Shown here piece after piece: positions 18,065-26,294 of a stretch of DNA of 35,780 nt. A model generated the notes under the pieces. It was not told where the DNA came from and made no database searches. It worked only from the letters and a program-made list of their open reading frames with translations. The first letter of the stretch is position 1; each line of letters opens with the position of its first letter. Source of the stretch: a virus (taxonomy: Duplodnaviria; Caudoviricetes); the IMG/VR virus record IMGVR_UViG_3300011339_000552, positions 1-35,780 of that record. One strand, given 5' to 3'. Position numbers and translations under genes: made by a program.

Positions 18065-18549
18065 ACCATTGCGAAATATCCGTGCTTAAACTCTGCTTGT
18101 TTCATATCGTTTGCATATTCCTCATGCTTTAGCGCATCATAGTCTTGCTTGACAAAGTTTAGCTTTTTCCAACTCCATTTCATAGGCGTACAAATACTAG
18201 CTAAGATATTATGCATATTCATAATAGGATCATCTTTGCTAAAGGTCAAGACCTCAATATATCTGCCAGTGTTAAATGGCATCTTGACATCAAAGTTTAA
18301 ATGATAAGCTTTGCCGTTTGCTTGTATCAAAGACCTAGGCATTGACATTGTTGCTTGATCAATCTTTAGATCAAATTCATCCTTTAGTCTCATGCATAAA
18401 TTTGCAAACTTTTTAGGAGGCAATGACTCAACATAGTCCTCAGTCTTGTCAAGTAACACTTGAACTAACTTGCTGGCTCTTAGTATTTCATCTGTCTCAA
18501 GAGTGGCTATGCTTTGCAGCTTTTGGAATTTGTCAATAGTTAACTTCAT
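17911..18549 (-). CDS. Putative tail assembly chaperone (gpG-like)
   Basis: 212 aa; contains GTT TTT TTT TAT slippery site and an overlapping -1 ORF. Confidence 0.65.
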   Translation of the reverse strand: MKLTIDKFQKLQSIATLETDEILRASKLVQVLLDKTEDYVESLPPKKFANLCMRLKDEFDLKIDQATMSMPRSLIQANGKAYHLNFDVKMPFNTGRYIEVLTFSKDDPIMNMHNILASICTPMKWSWKKLNFVKQDYDALKHEEYANDMKQAEFKHGYFAMVFFYQVLKHSTSNTMDCLISEMNLRKVNKRRVQQLKRILQVIGDGSTMQKR

Positions 18550-18586
18550 ACGTTATTAGATATATTTATTAGATGACATGGTACTT
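18550..18586 (-). promoter_or_regulatory. Candidate late promoter, copy 3
   Basis: AAGTACC-N17-TATCTAATAACGT-ATG upstream of the chaperone gene. Confidence 0.55.
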
Positions 18587-19735
18587 GCCCACTTGTTTAT
18601 GATCAATACGGCATTTGTTTGCCAAGGCCAAAGCAATCACGCAGTCATCATGAAAGCCTTGCGGCGCAGAGTACCGCACACCAGTTGGCGTGAATGTGTA
18701 CTCAAATACCTCTAACTCTTGTTTGATCGGCCCATCTGGATAGCTTATTGATTTGGTTTGGATGGCGCTGCTTAGGCTCTCAAGCAATTGCTGCTTGCTG
18801 GTAGCAGTGAACTTAAAGCCGTGCATCTGTGTGAATTTCTTTTGCAACTCTTCTACTATGGCATCACCCACACCAGTGCTATCAATTACGATCGGCAGAT
18901 TCTTTGGCAATCTTAAGATCGTCTCTTTAGTTTGCATCCAGTCTTTTTGAAAGCGCTCAAAGTGTACCACATTGCCTTGCTTGTCCATGCCTATGATCAC
19001 TGACCAGTCAACAGACTTAGCTAGATCAATTCCATAATAAGATGCTACACCTTTAGTTTCTTTTGTGCATGCATAGATGAAATCGCTACCAAAAGGGTTG
19101 GCTGCATTTTCCATCGGATCGGCCATGTACTCTTGCTTGAATACCACTGCTGGTAGTTGCGCTGCTGCTGCGTCAATTTCGGTAGGATCAATGTGAGGGT
19201 TGTCATAAGTTGTAAATTTAAACGATTCCCAGTTAGGCTCACCGCCACGCATAAACATGCTATAAAAGTAATTCTTGCCTCTTGGCGTGCTTAAAAATAT
19301 AGCCTTGCCTTTGTAGTCAGTAAGCGTTGGCCTTATTGAATTATTCCAGCCATCCTCTAGATTTGGAATATAGGATGCCTCGTCTATGATCACCAGATGA
19401 TATTTAGTACCACGCATTGCATCCAATCTCTCACCAGTATAAAAGCGAACAGATCCGCCAGTGACAAAGTCAATAAGCAAATCTGTCTCATTCTTTTTAT
19501 AAACCTTGTCTGGTAATATCTTGCAAATCTCTTTAAAAAACATTTTGCCAAGCTGATACGTTGGCGTGATGTATGCAACATGTTGTCTCTTCAATCCGGT
19601 CTCAATAGATATGTTTTGACTGATCAGTGACTTGCCAAACCTTCGACCACACATCATCACCCTAAAACGAGCCTCCGAGTCAAGCACTTGCTTTTGTGCT
19701 GGGTGTGGCTTAGGTAGTTTTATATCAAGATTCAT
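18569..19735 (-). CDS. terL: Terminase large subunit
   Basis: PHPAQ, Walker A GRRFGKS, Walker B LVIIDEA, motif III STP, nuclease GIDLA and HDDCVIALALA. Confidence 0.96.
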   Translation of the reverse strand: MNLDIKLPKPHPAQKQVLDSEARFRVMMCGRRFGKSLISQNISIETGLKRQHVAYITPTYQLGKMFFKEICKILPDKVYKKNETDLLIDFVTGGSVRFYTGERLDAMRGTKYHLVIIDEASYIPNLEDGWNNSIRPTLTDYKGKAIFLSTPRGKNYFYSMFMRGGEPNWESFKFTTYDNPHIDPTEIDAAAAQLPAVVFKQEYMADPMENAANPFGSDFIYACTKETKGVASYYGIDLAKSVDWSVIIGMDKQGNVVHFERFQKDWMQTKETILRLPKNLPIVIDSTGVGDAIVEELQKKFTQMHGFKFTATSKQQLLESLSSAIQTKSISYPDGPIKQELEVFEYTFTPTGVRYSAPQGFHDDCVIALALANKCRIDHKQVGKYHVI

Positions 19736-20153
19736 AATTGATCGTAATTGTATCTATGTTTGTATTTTCAGTTGTTGCGCGATCAGTCCTTCCTAGTGCT
19801 TTCTTTGCGTAGAATATTGCTTTGCCTTCATTTGCTACTATGTCAATAGCTAATGACTTAAACATGGTCACAATCCTATTAGCAACCTCATGATAAGGAT
19901 GTGTAGGATCTTGCCTTACTTTCCAAAGGCCCATCTTTGTGTAAAATTCAAAGTCATGCTTTCTTAACCAATGATCCAAGAAATAATCAATCGTTGGCAC
20001 AAAGCGATCTCTAATCTCAACAATCTTGCCCGATCCAGTTGCCACTTGCTTTTGGCCCTCCATGCAATTGTCACAATATGCAAACGCTAAGTCCATTAAT
20101 TTCTCTTCATCTACATCCTTAAACTTTCTAGTCACATGCTCTCTTATTTCCAT
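19725..20153 (-). CDS. terS: Terminase small subunit (putative)
   Basis: 142 aa, overlaps the terL start; AIFYAKKALGRTD resembles P22 gp3-like small terminases. Confidence 0.7.
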   Translation of the reverse strand: MEIREHVTRKFKDVDEEKLMDLAFAYCDNCMEGQKQVATGSGKIVEIRDRFVPTIDYFLDHWLRKHDFEFYTKMGLWKVRQDPTHPYHEVANRIVTMFKSLAIDIVANEGKAIFYAKKALGRTDRATTENTNIDTITINYES

Positions 20154-20743
20154 AATTTTATATTTTTAGTGCCATCACGATAGCCTCTTATATCAGCTTC
20201 ATGCTGCGCCCAATTCTTTTGTAATAGTTCGGTTTTGTTATAACCATATTCGTCACCGCTTGCGTGTGAGCCTACATGCTCTGCCAAGCAGTCCATCACA
20301 TAGTAGGTATTAAATCCAGCTATGTTGGCCCTCTCACAATAGTCCAGATCAATAGGCCCATAAGGAAACATTGACTCATTAAAGATGCCGATCTTGTCAA
20401 CTACCTTCATGCTTAAAAGCCAATTGCTTATGATATGCTGGCTCTTAATGCCACGCCTTTCTCTGTCCAAGCTACTTGCCACAATGCCGGCATCTGGGTA
20501 AGTCTGCAATGCCTCAACCTTTTTAGCAAGCCAATTGTCTGGCTCAATAATGTCATTTGCTAGATAAGCAATTGCATCATAGCCATCAACTCCAGCTATG
20601 TCGATAGCTTCATTCATAGCATTGGCTATGCCTTCAACATCAATAAAAACAATCTCAGCATGATAGCCAGTGTTGGTGCAATTCTCAACAATGATTGATC
20701 TTGGCCTCTTGCCATATACTAAGCCGGCAATAAGTACTTTCAT
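20144..20743 (-). CDS. Glycosyltransferase, family 2-like
   Basis: GIANAMNEAI, YLANDIIEPDNWL, IGIFNESM and YGPIDLDYCERANIAG match the GT2 pattern. Confidence 0.85.
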   Translation of the reverse strand: MKVLIAGLVYGKRPRSIIVENCTNTGYHAEIVFIDVEGIANAMNEAIDIAGVDGYDAIAYLANDIIEPDNWLAKKVEALQTYPDAGIVASSLDRERRGIKSQHIISNWLLSMKVVDKIGIFNESMFPYGPIDLDYCERANIAGFNTYYVMDCLAEHVGSHASGDEYGYNKTELLQKNWAQHEADIRGYRDGTKNIKLWK

Positions 20744-21229
20744 TTAAAATATGTTTTTGCCTATTTCTTTTGCTGGGTTGCCAGCATACTTTGTTGAATG
20801 TGTTGTATGTAGCCTTCTTGTAACTACTGCACCCATCCCGATCATGCATCCTTTAGCTATGATCTGCTTTTGATGGATCACTGCATTAAGTCCGATGTTG
20901 CAGCCATCACCTACTATCGTATGCCCACCGATCTTTGCACCGCAACTGATCGTCACGTTATTACCGATCACGCAGTCATGGCCCACATGGCTATGCTTAA
21001 GCATCCACACTCCAGCGCCTATGATTGTCTTATCAGTAGTGCCGGCATCAATTGTCACATGCCCAGTGATCACGCAGTCATCACCGATCACAACTTCACC
21101 GATCGGTGCATTCCAGAATAGCTTATGCTCGGCTGGCTCACCGATCACGCAATATGGCCCGATATAAACATTGTCACCTAGTGTGACATTTGGCCCTACG
21201 ATGGCCGTCTTATGGATGAATGTACTCAT
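20744..21229 (-). CDS. Left-handed beta-helix (hexapeptide) acyl/acetyltransferase, LpxA-like
   Basis: IHKTAIV, hexapeptide repeats, TIDAGT, HSHVGHDCVIG and terminal YAGNPAK. Confidence 0.9.
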   Translation of the reverse strand: MSTFIHKTAIVGPNVTLGDNVYIGPYCVIGEPAEHKLFWNAPIGEVVIGDDCVITGHVTIDAGTTDKTIIGAGVWMLKHSHVGHDCVIGNNVTISCGAKIGGHTIVGDGCNIGLNAVIHQKQIIAKGCMIGMGAVVTRRLHTTHSTKYAGNPAKEIGKNIF

Positions 21230-21440
21230 TAAATGTTTTATATACGTTAACTAAAAATGATCCCACGCATGCACCACATCTACTATTGTATGTGTAGTAA
21301 GGATCTTTTGTGCGCATGACTTCTGCCAATTCGTTTTGGATCTCATGTGTAAATCCAACCAGTTCACCAGTTGTCTTAAACAGATCATAGAAATGCTTAT
21401 GCTTTAACAAGGTCTGCAAATGCTGATCGTCTAGCTTCAT
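21210..21440 (-). CDS. Hypothetical protein with CxxC
   Basis: Likely start at ATG 21440 or 21452; RCGACV motif; fills the gap within the glycosylation cluster. Confidence 0.65.
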   Translation of the reverse strand: MKLDDQHLQTLLKHKHFYDLFKTTGELVGFTHEIQNELAEVMRTKDPYYTYNSRCGACVGSFLVNVYKTFNEYIHP

Positions 21441-22401
21441 TAATTCGCTCATGATTATATTTGTTTTTTGCCCACTCAAAAAGATCGTTACCCATTTTGA
21501 TCCTTTCATCTGGGTTGTTTACTAAGTATGATAAATGCTTAAACCAGTCTGCTTGATTCTTTACCCATAGCACTGGTGCATCTTTGTCTAGATTGTATGG
21601 CTCAACATCACTCACTACCACTGCCACTCTTTTAGCTGCTGCCTCAAGTAGCTTTAAATTACTTTTGCTTGCATGCCATGGTGACTCTTGCAAAGGCACA
21701 ACCATAATATCTGCATGCTTAAAATGCTCCATGTAATTGCTTGGCAATTCGCTTGCAAGTTTTCTATTAGGTAACTTGCCACCATTCGTAAACATAGAAT
21801 GTATCTTATCCCAGTATGATTTGCTCACTGGATCTGTGTCAGTATATCCGCCAAGCACCATCTCAATATTATTCAAAGCACTTAACCTCTTAAAAGGATT
21901 TGTAAGTAACTTGATGTCCTCAAGATGTGTTGATCCGCCGGCCCAGAAGATACGCGTCTTGTCGCTTTCGTATTTGCTATCATCATATTGATGCTCACCA
22001 TAAGGCAAGCAGTTAGGCAGTATCAATACTTTCTTATTGTACTTGCTTACCTTGTCAGCGATCCTTTCATTTGTGCATGTCACAAGATCAGCATTAAAAA
22101 TGTTGTTGATGATTCGCTTTTTGTGCGCCTCATATCCATAATACAAAGGATGGTTGTAGGGTAATTCCCAGTCATCATCAAGATCCATCACAACTTTAAA
22201 GTGTTGCTTTGTCTCATCCCAATCATTATCAAATTGACTGAATCTATTATATAACAAAATGTCAAACTGCCTCTCTTCAAGTATTTCTTTTGTAGGCACA
22301 TTGCACACATGGTTATAAGAATCCGGCAAGAATGCTAAAGGCAGCATGACTCTATGCCATCCACAACCGCTCATCTTTTGTGTGATGCCCAGCACTTGTA
22401 T
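21397..22401 (-). CDS. Glycosyltransferase, GT-B fold (GT4-like)
   Basis: SGCGWHRVMLP, VVMDLDD, IFWAGGSTH, KSNLKLLEAAA and VVVSDVEPY. The start is uncertain (ATA 22401, GTG 22395 or TTG 22491). Confidence 0.88.
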   Translation of the reverse strand: MQVLGITQKMSGCGWHRVMLPLAFLPDSYNHVCNVPTKEILEERQFDILLYNRFSQFDNDWDETKQHFKVVMDLDDDWELPYNHPLYYGYEAHKKRIINNIFNADLVTCTNERIADKVSKYNKKVLILPNCLPYGEHQYDDSKYESDKTRIFWAGGSTHLEDIKLLTNPFKRLSALNNIEMVLGGYTDTDPVSKSYWDKIHSMFTNGGKLPNRKLASELPSNYMEHFKHADIMVVPLQESPWHASKSNLKLLEAAAKRVAVVVSDVEPYNLDKDAPVLWVKNQADWFKHLSYLVNNPDERIKMGNDLFEWAKNKYNHERINEARRSAFADLVKA

Positions 22402-22405
22402 GATC

Positions 22406-22528
22406 TTAGCGTCCTTGTCCACGATATTTCTTGGGTTTTGGTGAGTGCTTGTTATAGCTTTTTTTTTCTGATCCAATCTTACGTTTTCCAAATGTCACCT
22501 TGCGTGCATCACTTGTTGATTTTGCCAT
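22406..22528 (-). CDS. Small basic protein ending KKYRGQGR (40 aa, not in ORF track)
   Basis: MAKSTSDARKVTFGKRKIGSEKKSYNKHSPKPKKYRGQGR. Its ATG overlaps the upstream stop (TAATG). Confidence 0.8.
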   Translation of the reverse strand: MAKSTSDARKVTFGKRKIGSEKKSYNKHSPKPKKYRGQGR

Positions 22529-22761
22529 TATATAAATAAATTTTTAAATTGATCAAAAGGTAAGTTCACAACATAAGCCTCTTCATTCACTACTATTTCA
22601 GTTAAGTGCATGCCATCTCTTACATTACCACACGCAAAGTCTATGTGAAAAAACATAAACTCAACCTCTTCTAAATCTTTATAGTTGTAATTAATTCCCA
22701 GTTCACTAAATAAAATTGTATCACTATTGTGACAAAGGATCGGCAATGTTACTGGTTGCAT
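22528..22761 (-). CDS. Hypothetical acidic protein (77 aa)
   Basis: ATG 22761 (MQPVTLPILCHN) follows the upstream stop at 22763. Confidence 0.7.
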   Translation of the reverse strand: MQPVTLPILCHNSDTILFSELGINYNYKDLEEVEFMFFHIDFACGNVRDGMHLTEIVVNEEAYVVNLPFDQFKNLFI

Positions 22762-22762
22762 C

Positions 22763-23002
22763 TTATTTAATTTTTTGTCCAATAAATCCAGCACCAAATA
22801 TAACACAAATAAATTGTGAAATCTCAAAAGGCATGAAATATAAAAGCACTGCCGTCCACACACTTAAGCATGTCACGCAGTCAAAAGGCTTCATCCTTTT
22901 TTCAAATGGAATCTCCCATACCTTTTTAATAAAGTAAATTATTTTGGCCACATTTACGAAATAATACGCAAAGAAAAAAGCCGCTAAAATGATTGTAAGC
23001 AT
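22763..23002 (-). CDS. Small membrane protein with CxxC-x3-W (DUF1360-like)
   Basis: Hydrophobic segments flank KPFDCVTCLSVW. Confidence 0.7.
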   Translation of the reverse strand: MLTIILAAFFFAYYFVNVAKIIYFIKKVWEIPFEKRMKPFDCVTCLSVWTAVLLYFMPFEISQFICVIFGAGFIGQKIK

Positions 23003-23505
23003 AATGTTTTAAGTTCAAGTTTGGTTTTACGAATAATATCTTTGACATGTTTTTCTGGTATGTTATAAAACTCGGCTACCTTTTTACATGATCTGTACTC
23101 AACATATTTATTGAATAGTATTGCCTCGTGTGCTTGCATCTCATCTTCGCCATACTTGTCAATCAATCTTTGATTTGCTATCTTAGCAAAGGTAGGATTT
23201 AATTCTGGTAATTTTAACTGGCTCTTTAGGTACATGATCGCTTTCTCATATTCATTTTTCCTAAACTTCTTATAAAACTGACTTGTGCTGCTAAAGGCCA
23301 TGTTTGTGATAATCTTAATAGAAAATCCTAAAAGGCCATTAGAGGCCCAAATTTCGTTTATTTTATCACAATCGATGCCGAGCAAGGCTAAAGCCATTTC
23401 TTGCCTTAAATCGTCTTGCAATGACTCTGGACGCACACTTTTGATCAGTTGATTAATCTGTGGTGATCGGTAGATGCTTTCAATATGTTTATGGCAATCT
23501 CTCAT
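22984..23505 (-). CDS. ECF sigma-70-like transcription factor
   Basis: Region-2-like QDDLRQEMALALL and region-4 HTH SCKKVAEFYNIPEKHVKDIIRKTK; sits at the head of the late genes. Confidence 0.7.
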   Translation of the reverse strand: MRDCHKHIESIYRSPQINQLIKSVRPESLQDDLRQEMALALLGIDCDKINEIWASNGLLGFSIKIITNMAFSSTSQFYKKFRKNEYEKAIMYLKSQLKLPELNPTFAKIANQRLIDKYGEDEMQAHEAILFNKYVEYRSCKKVAEFYNIPEKHVKDIIRKTKLELKTLCLQSF

Positions 23506-23510
23506 TATTT

Positions 23511-23725
23511 ACACAAATGTACTCAATGTACTCGGTTTTTGCGTGTTTTTTTATTCCTATACTCTTTTTTTTTATTTTATACCCCCCCCCCTAAAAGTTA
23601 AAAAAATAGAGTACATCGAGTACAAATATTATATTCTATTGTAAATCAATGATTTAAGTAGTTTCAAAATTGTGCGAAAATTGTGCAACATGCACATTTT
23701 TGATCGTTTTTGCACAATTTTGACG
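23511..23725. other. Putative replication origin (inverted repeats, iteron-like pentamers, IHF-like site, A/T and C tracts)
   Basis: 16-bp inverted repeat at 23518-23533 / 23609-23624 (15/16 match); C10 at 23582-23591; palindrome taaatca-a-tgattta at 23642-23656; aaaattgtgc twice plus inverted gcacaatttt. Directly downstream of the primase-helicase. Confidence 0.55.
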
Positions 23726-23836
23726 CTTTTCTACCTTTACTTTTTGCCCATCCCACTCAAAAATGCCACCCATAGGGTTAAGCTTTAGCCATTTTTCAAA
23801 GGCTTGAATCGGACTTAGATAAGATTTTAAACTCAT
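23654..23836 (-). CDS. Possible small hypothetical protein (MSLKSYLSPIQAFEKWLKLNP...)
   Basis: Overlaps the primase end and runs into the repeat region; may be spurious. Confidence 0.3.
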   Translation of the reverse strand: MSLKSYLSPIQAFEKWLKLNPMGGIFEWDGQKVKVEKRQNCAKTIKNVHVAQFSHNFETT

Positions 23837-26291
23837 GCTTGTTATTATTTTGTCGGTTTCGTCTTGTTTCAATAGTATATCCAAACAGATCACTAGCAAC
23901 TTGTATGCCTTTTTTAAATCTTATTTGAGTGTAGTCTTTTTTATCAAGATCGTTTGTGTTTAAAAATGAGATGTACTCGATACCAAACTCCATCCATTTG
24001 TCACCTTCTAAGCTATCATAGTAGTCTAAGAAATCCTCGCCAAAGTTAAGCTTGACATTCTTACGGATGATGGTGTCACTATTATCCAGTGCTGGGATAC
24101 CGGCCTCAAGATATATCTGGACACACTCGATCATGTAATTATAAAAGCGATTCCACTCATCATTATCCCAATCATTAAATAAAGCTTTGCCACCAAAGAA
24201 ATCAAGCGGTGTATTCTTATGGTTAAAAAAACTGCTAAACTCAATTACCTTCACTCTTCTTTTGCCATGGCCTCCAGAGTAGTTGATGGTGTAGTTGGTA
24301 GTGAATCCAAACTTTGGTGAGTCCTCGTAGGATATATAAACCTCGTCTTTATTCTTTTTCTCTATTGTCACACCTTCTGTGATCTTACTATAAAAACCTT
24401 CAAAGTCCACATTCTTACGGCAATCCTCAATGACGATCAGTTGTGTCGATAGTTCAACTCTTTGGAATGCAAATGACTTGTCAAGCTTAAAGTTTTTGCC
24501 ATCAATAGATACCAGATTGATCAGCTTACCTATTGCTTTAAAAAATAAACCTTTACCAGCGCCACCGCCTTCGGTTTCATCTTCTGTCTCTTCTGCTAGG
24601 ATCACTGCATAAGATTTGGTAGGATCTTTATAAGTGTGCAATAAATAACCGATCAAACTAATTGCATAAGCCTCGCGCTCTTTGTCGCTACCACTGATCT
24701 TGTTAATGAATTTAGTGTACTGCACATTCTCATAGTCAATGTCATGATCAATGTCAATCTTATACTGGATCACTTGATCGCGCCAGACATGCATGTTTAT
24801 CGCGCCATATTTTAGCAATTCCTTTTTATCTTTTGTGACATGCACCACGCCATTAAGGAATGGATAGTAGGCAGAGTCTTTGGTATGCTTAAGAAATTTT
24901 AACTCAATGTTAGGCATAAACTCAAAGAGTGCTTTGTTAAAATAAGCATCGGCTCCTTTGTAGATCACTTCGCGCAGACGCATCTTGTTAATGCCGTCAA
25001 AGTTATCATAAGGGATTGCGTCAATGTAATTGATCAAATACTTTTTAATTTGTTCTATGTTAGTCTCACTTACAAAGTTGTCAACTACACGCACCAGTTG
25101 ATAGTTAAGCTTTTTATCATAGTAGTAAAGATAAAAGCCACCTTCACTAGATAAAAGACTGATCAGTTTATAGCGATCAATTGTGATCTGTCCTTTTGTA
25201 ACAGACCAGAATGTCAAAAGCTGCGTGTCATTATCCGAGTCCATGTCTTGCACTAGCTTCTTTGCTTGCTTGATGTCCAGCTTATGCTTTTGTGAAAGGT
25301 AGGCTGCTATATTTTCATTGTCAACACCTTCATCTTTTTTATTGACAAAGTCTTTTTTAATATTGCCTCCGATCCTATTGCGTTGCTCACCATAGCCATC
25401 TTTGACCAGTTGCTTGGCGGCTTCGCTAAAGTTACCATTATGCTCTAGTGTTGCATAGATCGCAAAAGGCTTGTAACCTTTGCCAGTGTCAAACTCTGTT
25501 GATGTGCTAAACACTTTAAATAGTCCGAGGCCGCGATGATAGTCTGCGCTTATATGCGAGTCAGTCTTGCCGGGCCTTTTAAGAAAGTCACGCTCACCTC
25601 TTGACTCGATGTAAGTCCATCCATGCGCCTCTAGTAATGCAACAACATCACACTTGCTATTGTAGTCATCCCACGGCGTTGTCTGGTAAGTATCGGAGTC
25701 TGCAACAACTTGTGTGCGCACTTCTTTGATCACTTCATTAAATGATCGGCAGATGGATAAGATTGAATCTCTTTGCTCAAGTGTGATCACATTGACCTTA
25801 AATTCTTTTTCTTTTGTGTAGCCTTCGGATGGCGGCGCTAATACATAGCCACCCTCACCGCGTGTCTCAATCAGTACGATCTCTTTTGCATGTGGCGTTT
25901 CTTTTAATTCATCTTTTGTTGCGTTACGCATAGCAAGCTTTTGGTTACCTTGTACCTCTTCGCATCGGTAGTAAAAATGATACCCACCAGACTTTGTGCG
26001 CACAACGTAAAGCAGTGGCATAAGATCAGCCAGTGCATCTTGTAAGCGCTGCCAAAGGTTGCCGCTCACATCGTACTTAAGATCGACATCTATGATCTCA
26101 AGACCGCCGGACACGCCACCTCCTATGATCGCAATGTTTTTGCAACGATCATTTGTGAACTGGTGATTAATTGTTGCATCATCCATGATGCGTGACTGGA
26201 ACTCCGTCCAAGGAAAAACGGCGCGTTTGTTTTCTCCGATTGGTATAACAGAGAATCCTTGCTTTGTGTAATAGTTGGCTGCTTTAATCAT
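23796..26291 (-). CDS. Bifunctional primase-polymerase (Prim-Pol) fused to SF3 helicase
   Basis: GFSVIPI, IIDVDLK, TKSGGYHFYY and ETRGEGGYVLAPPS in the N-terminus. Walker A GGAGKG, Walker B IVIED and motif C FTTN in the C-terminus. Confidence 0.92.
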   Translation of the reverse strand: MIKAANYYTKQGFSVIPIGENKRAVFPWTEFQSRIMDDATINHQFTNDRCKNIAIIGGGVSGGLEIIDVDLKYDVSGNLWQRLQDALADLMPLLYVVRTKSGGYHFYYRCEEVQGNQKLAMRNATKDELKETPHAKEIVLIETRGEGGYVLAPPSEGYTKEKEFKVNVITLEQRDSILSICRSFNEVIKEVRTQVVADSDTYQTTPWDDYNSKCDVVALLEAHGWTYIESRGERDFLKRPGKTDSHISADYHRGLGLFKVFSTSTEFDTGKGYKPFAIYATLEHNGNFSEAAKQLVKDGYGEQRNRIGGNIKKDFVNKKDEGVDNENIAAYLSQKHKLDIKQAKKLVQDMDSDNDTQLLTFWSVTKGQITIDRYKLISLLSSEGGFYLYYYDKKLNYQLVRVVDNFVSETNIEQIKKYLINYIDAIPYDNFDGINKMRLREVIYKGADAYFNKALFEFMPNIELKFLKHTKDSAYYPFLNGVVHVTKDKKELLKYGAINMHVWRDQVIQYKIDIDHDIDYENVQYTKFINKISGSDKEREAYAISLIGYLLHTYKDPTKSYAVILAEETEDETEGGGAGKGLFFKAIGKLINLVSIDGKNFKLDKSFAFQRVELSTQLIVIEDCRKNVDFEGFYSKITEGVTIEKKNKDEVYISYEDSPKFGFTTNYTINYSGGHGKRRVKVIEFSSFFNHKNTPLDFFGGKALFNDWDNDEWNRFYNYMIECVQIYLEAGIPALDNSDTIIRKNVKLNFGEDFLDYYDSLEGDKWMEFGIEYISFLNTNDLDKKDYTQIRFKKGIQVASDLFGYTIETRRNRQNNNKHEFKILSKSDSSL

Positions 26292-26294
26292 TGG

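Noticed and set aside
22459-22467. A9 run as a -1 frameshift joining the micro-ORF to the GT
   Set aside because: The GT frame is +1, not -1, relative to the micro-ORF, and the micro-ORF ends in an intact YRGQGR motif.
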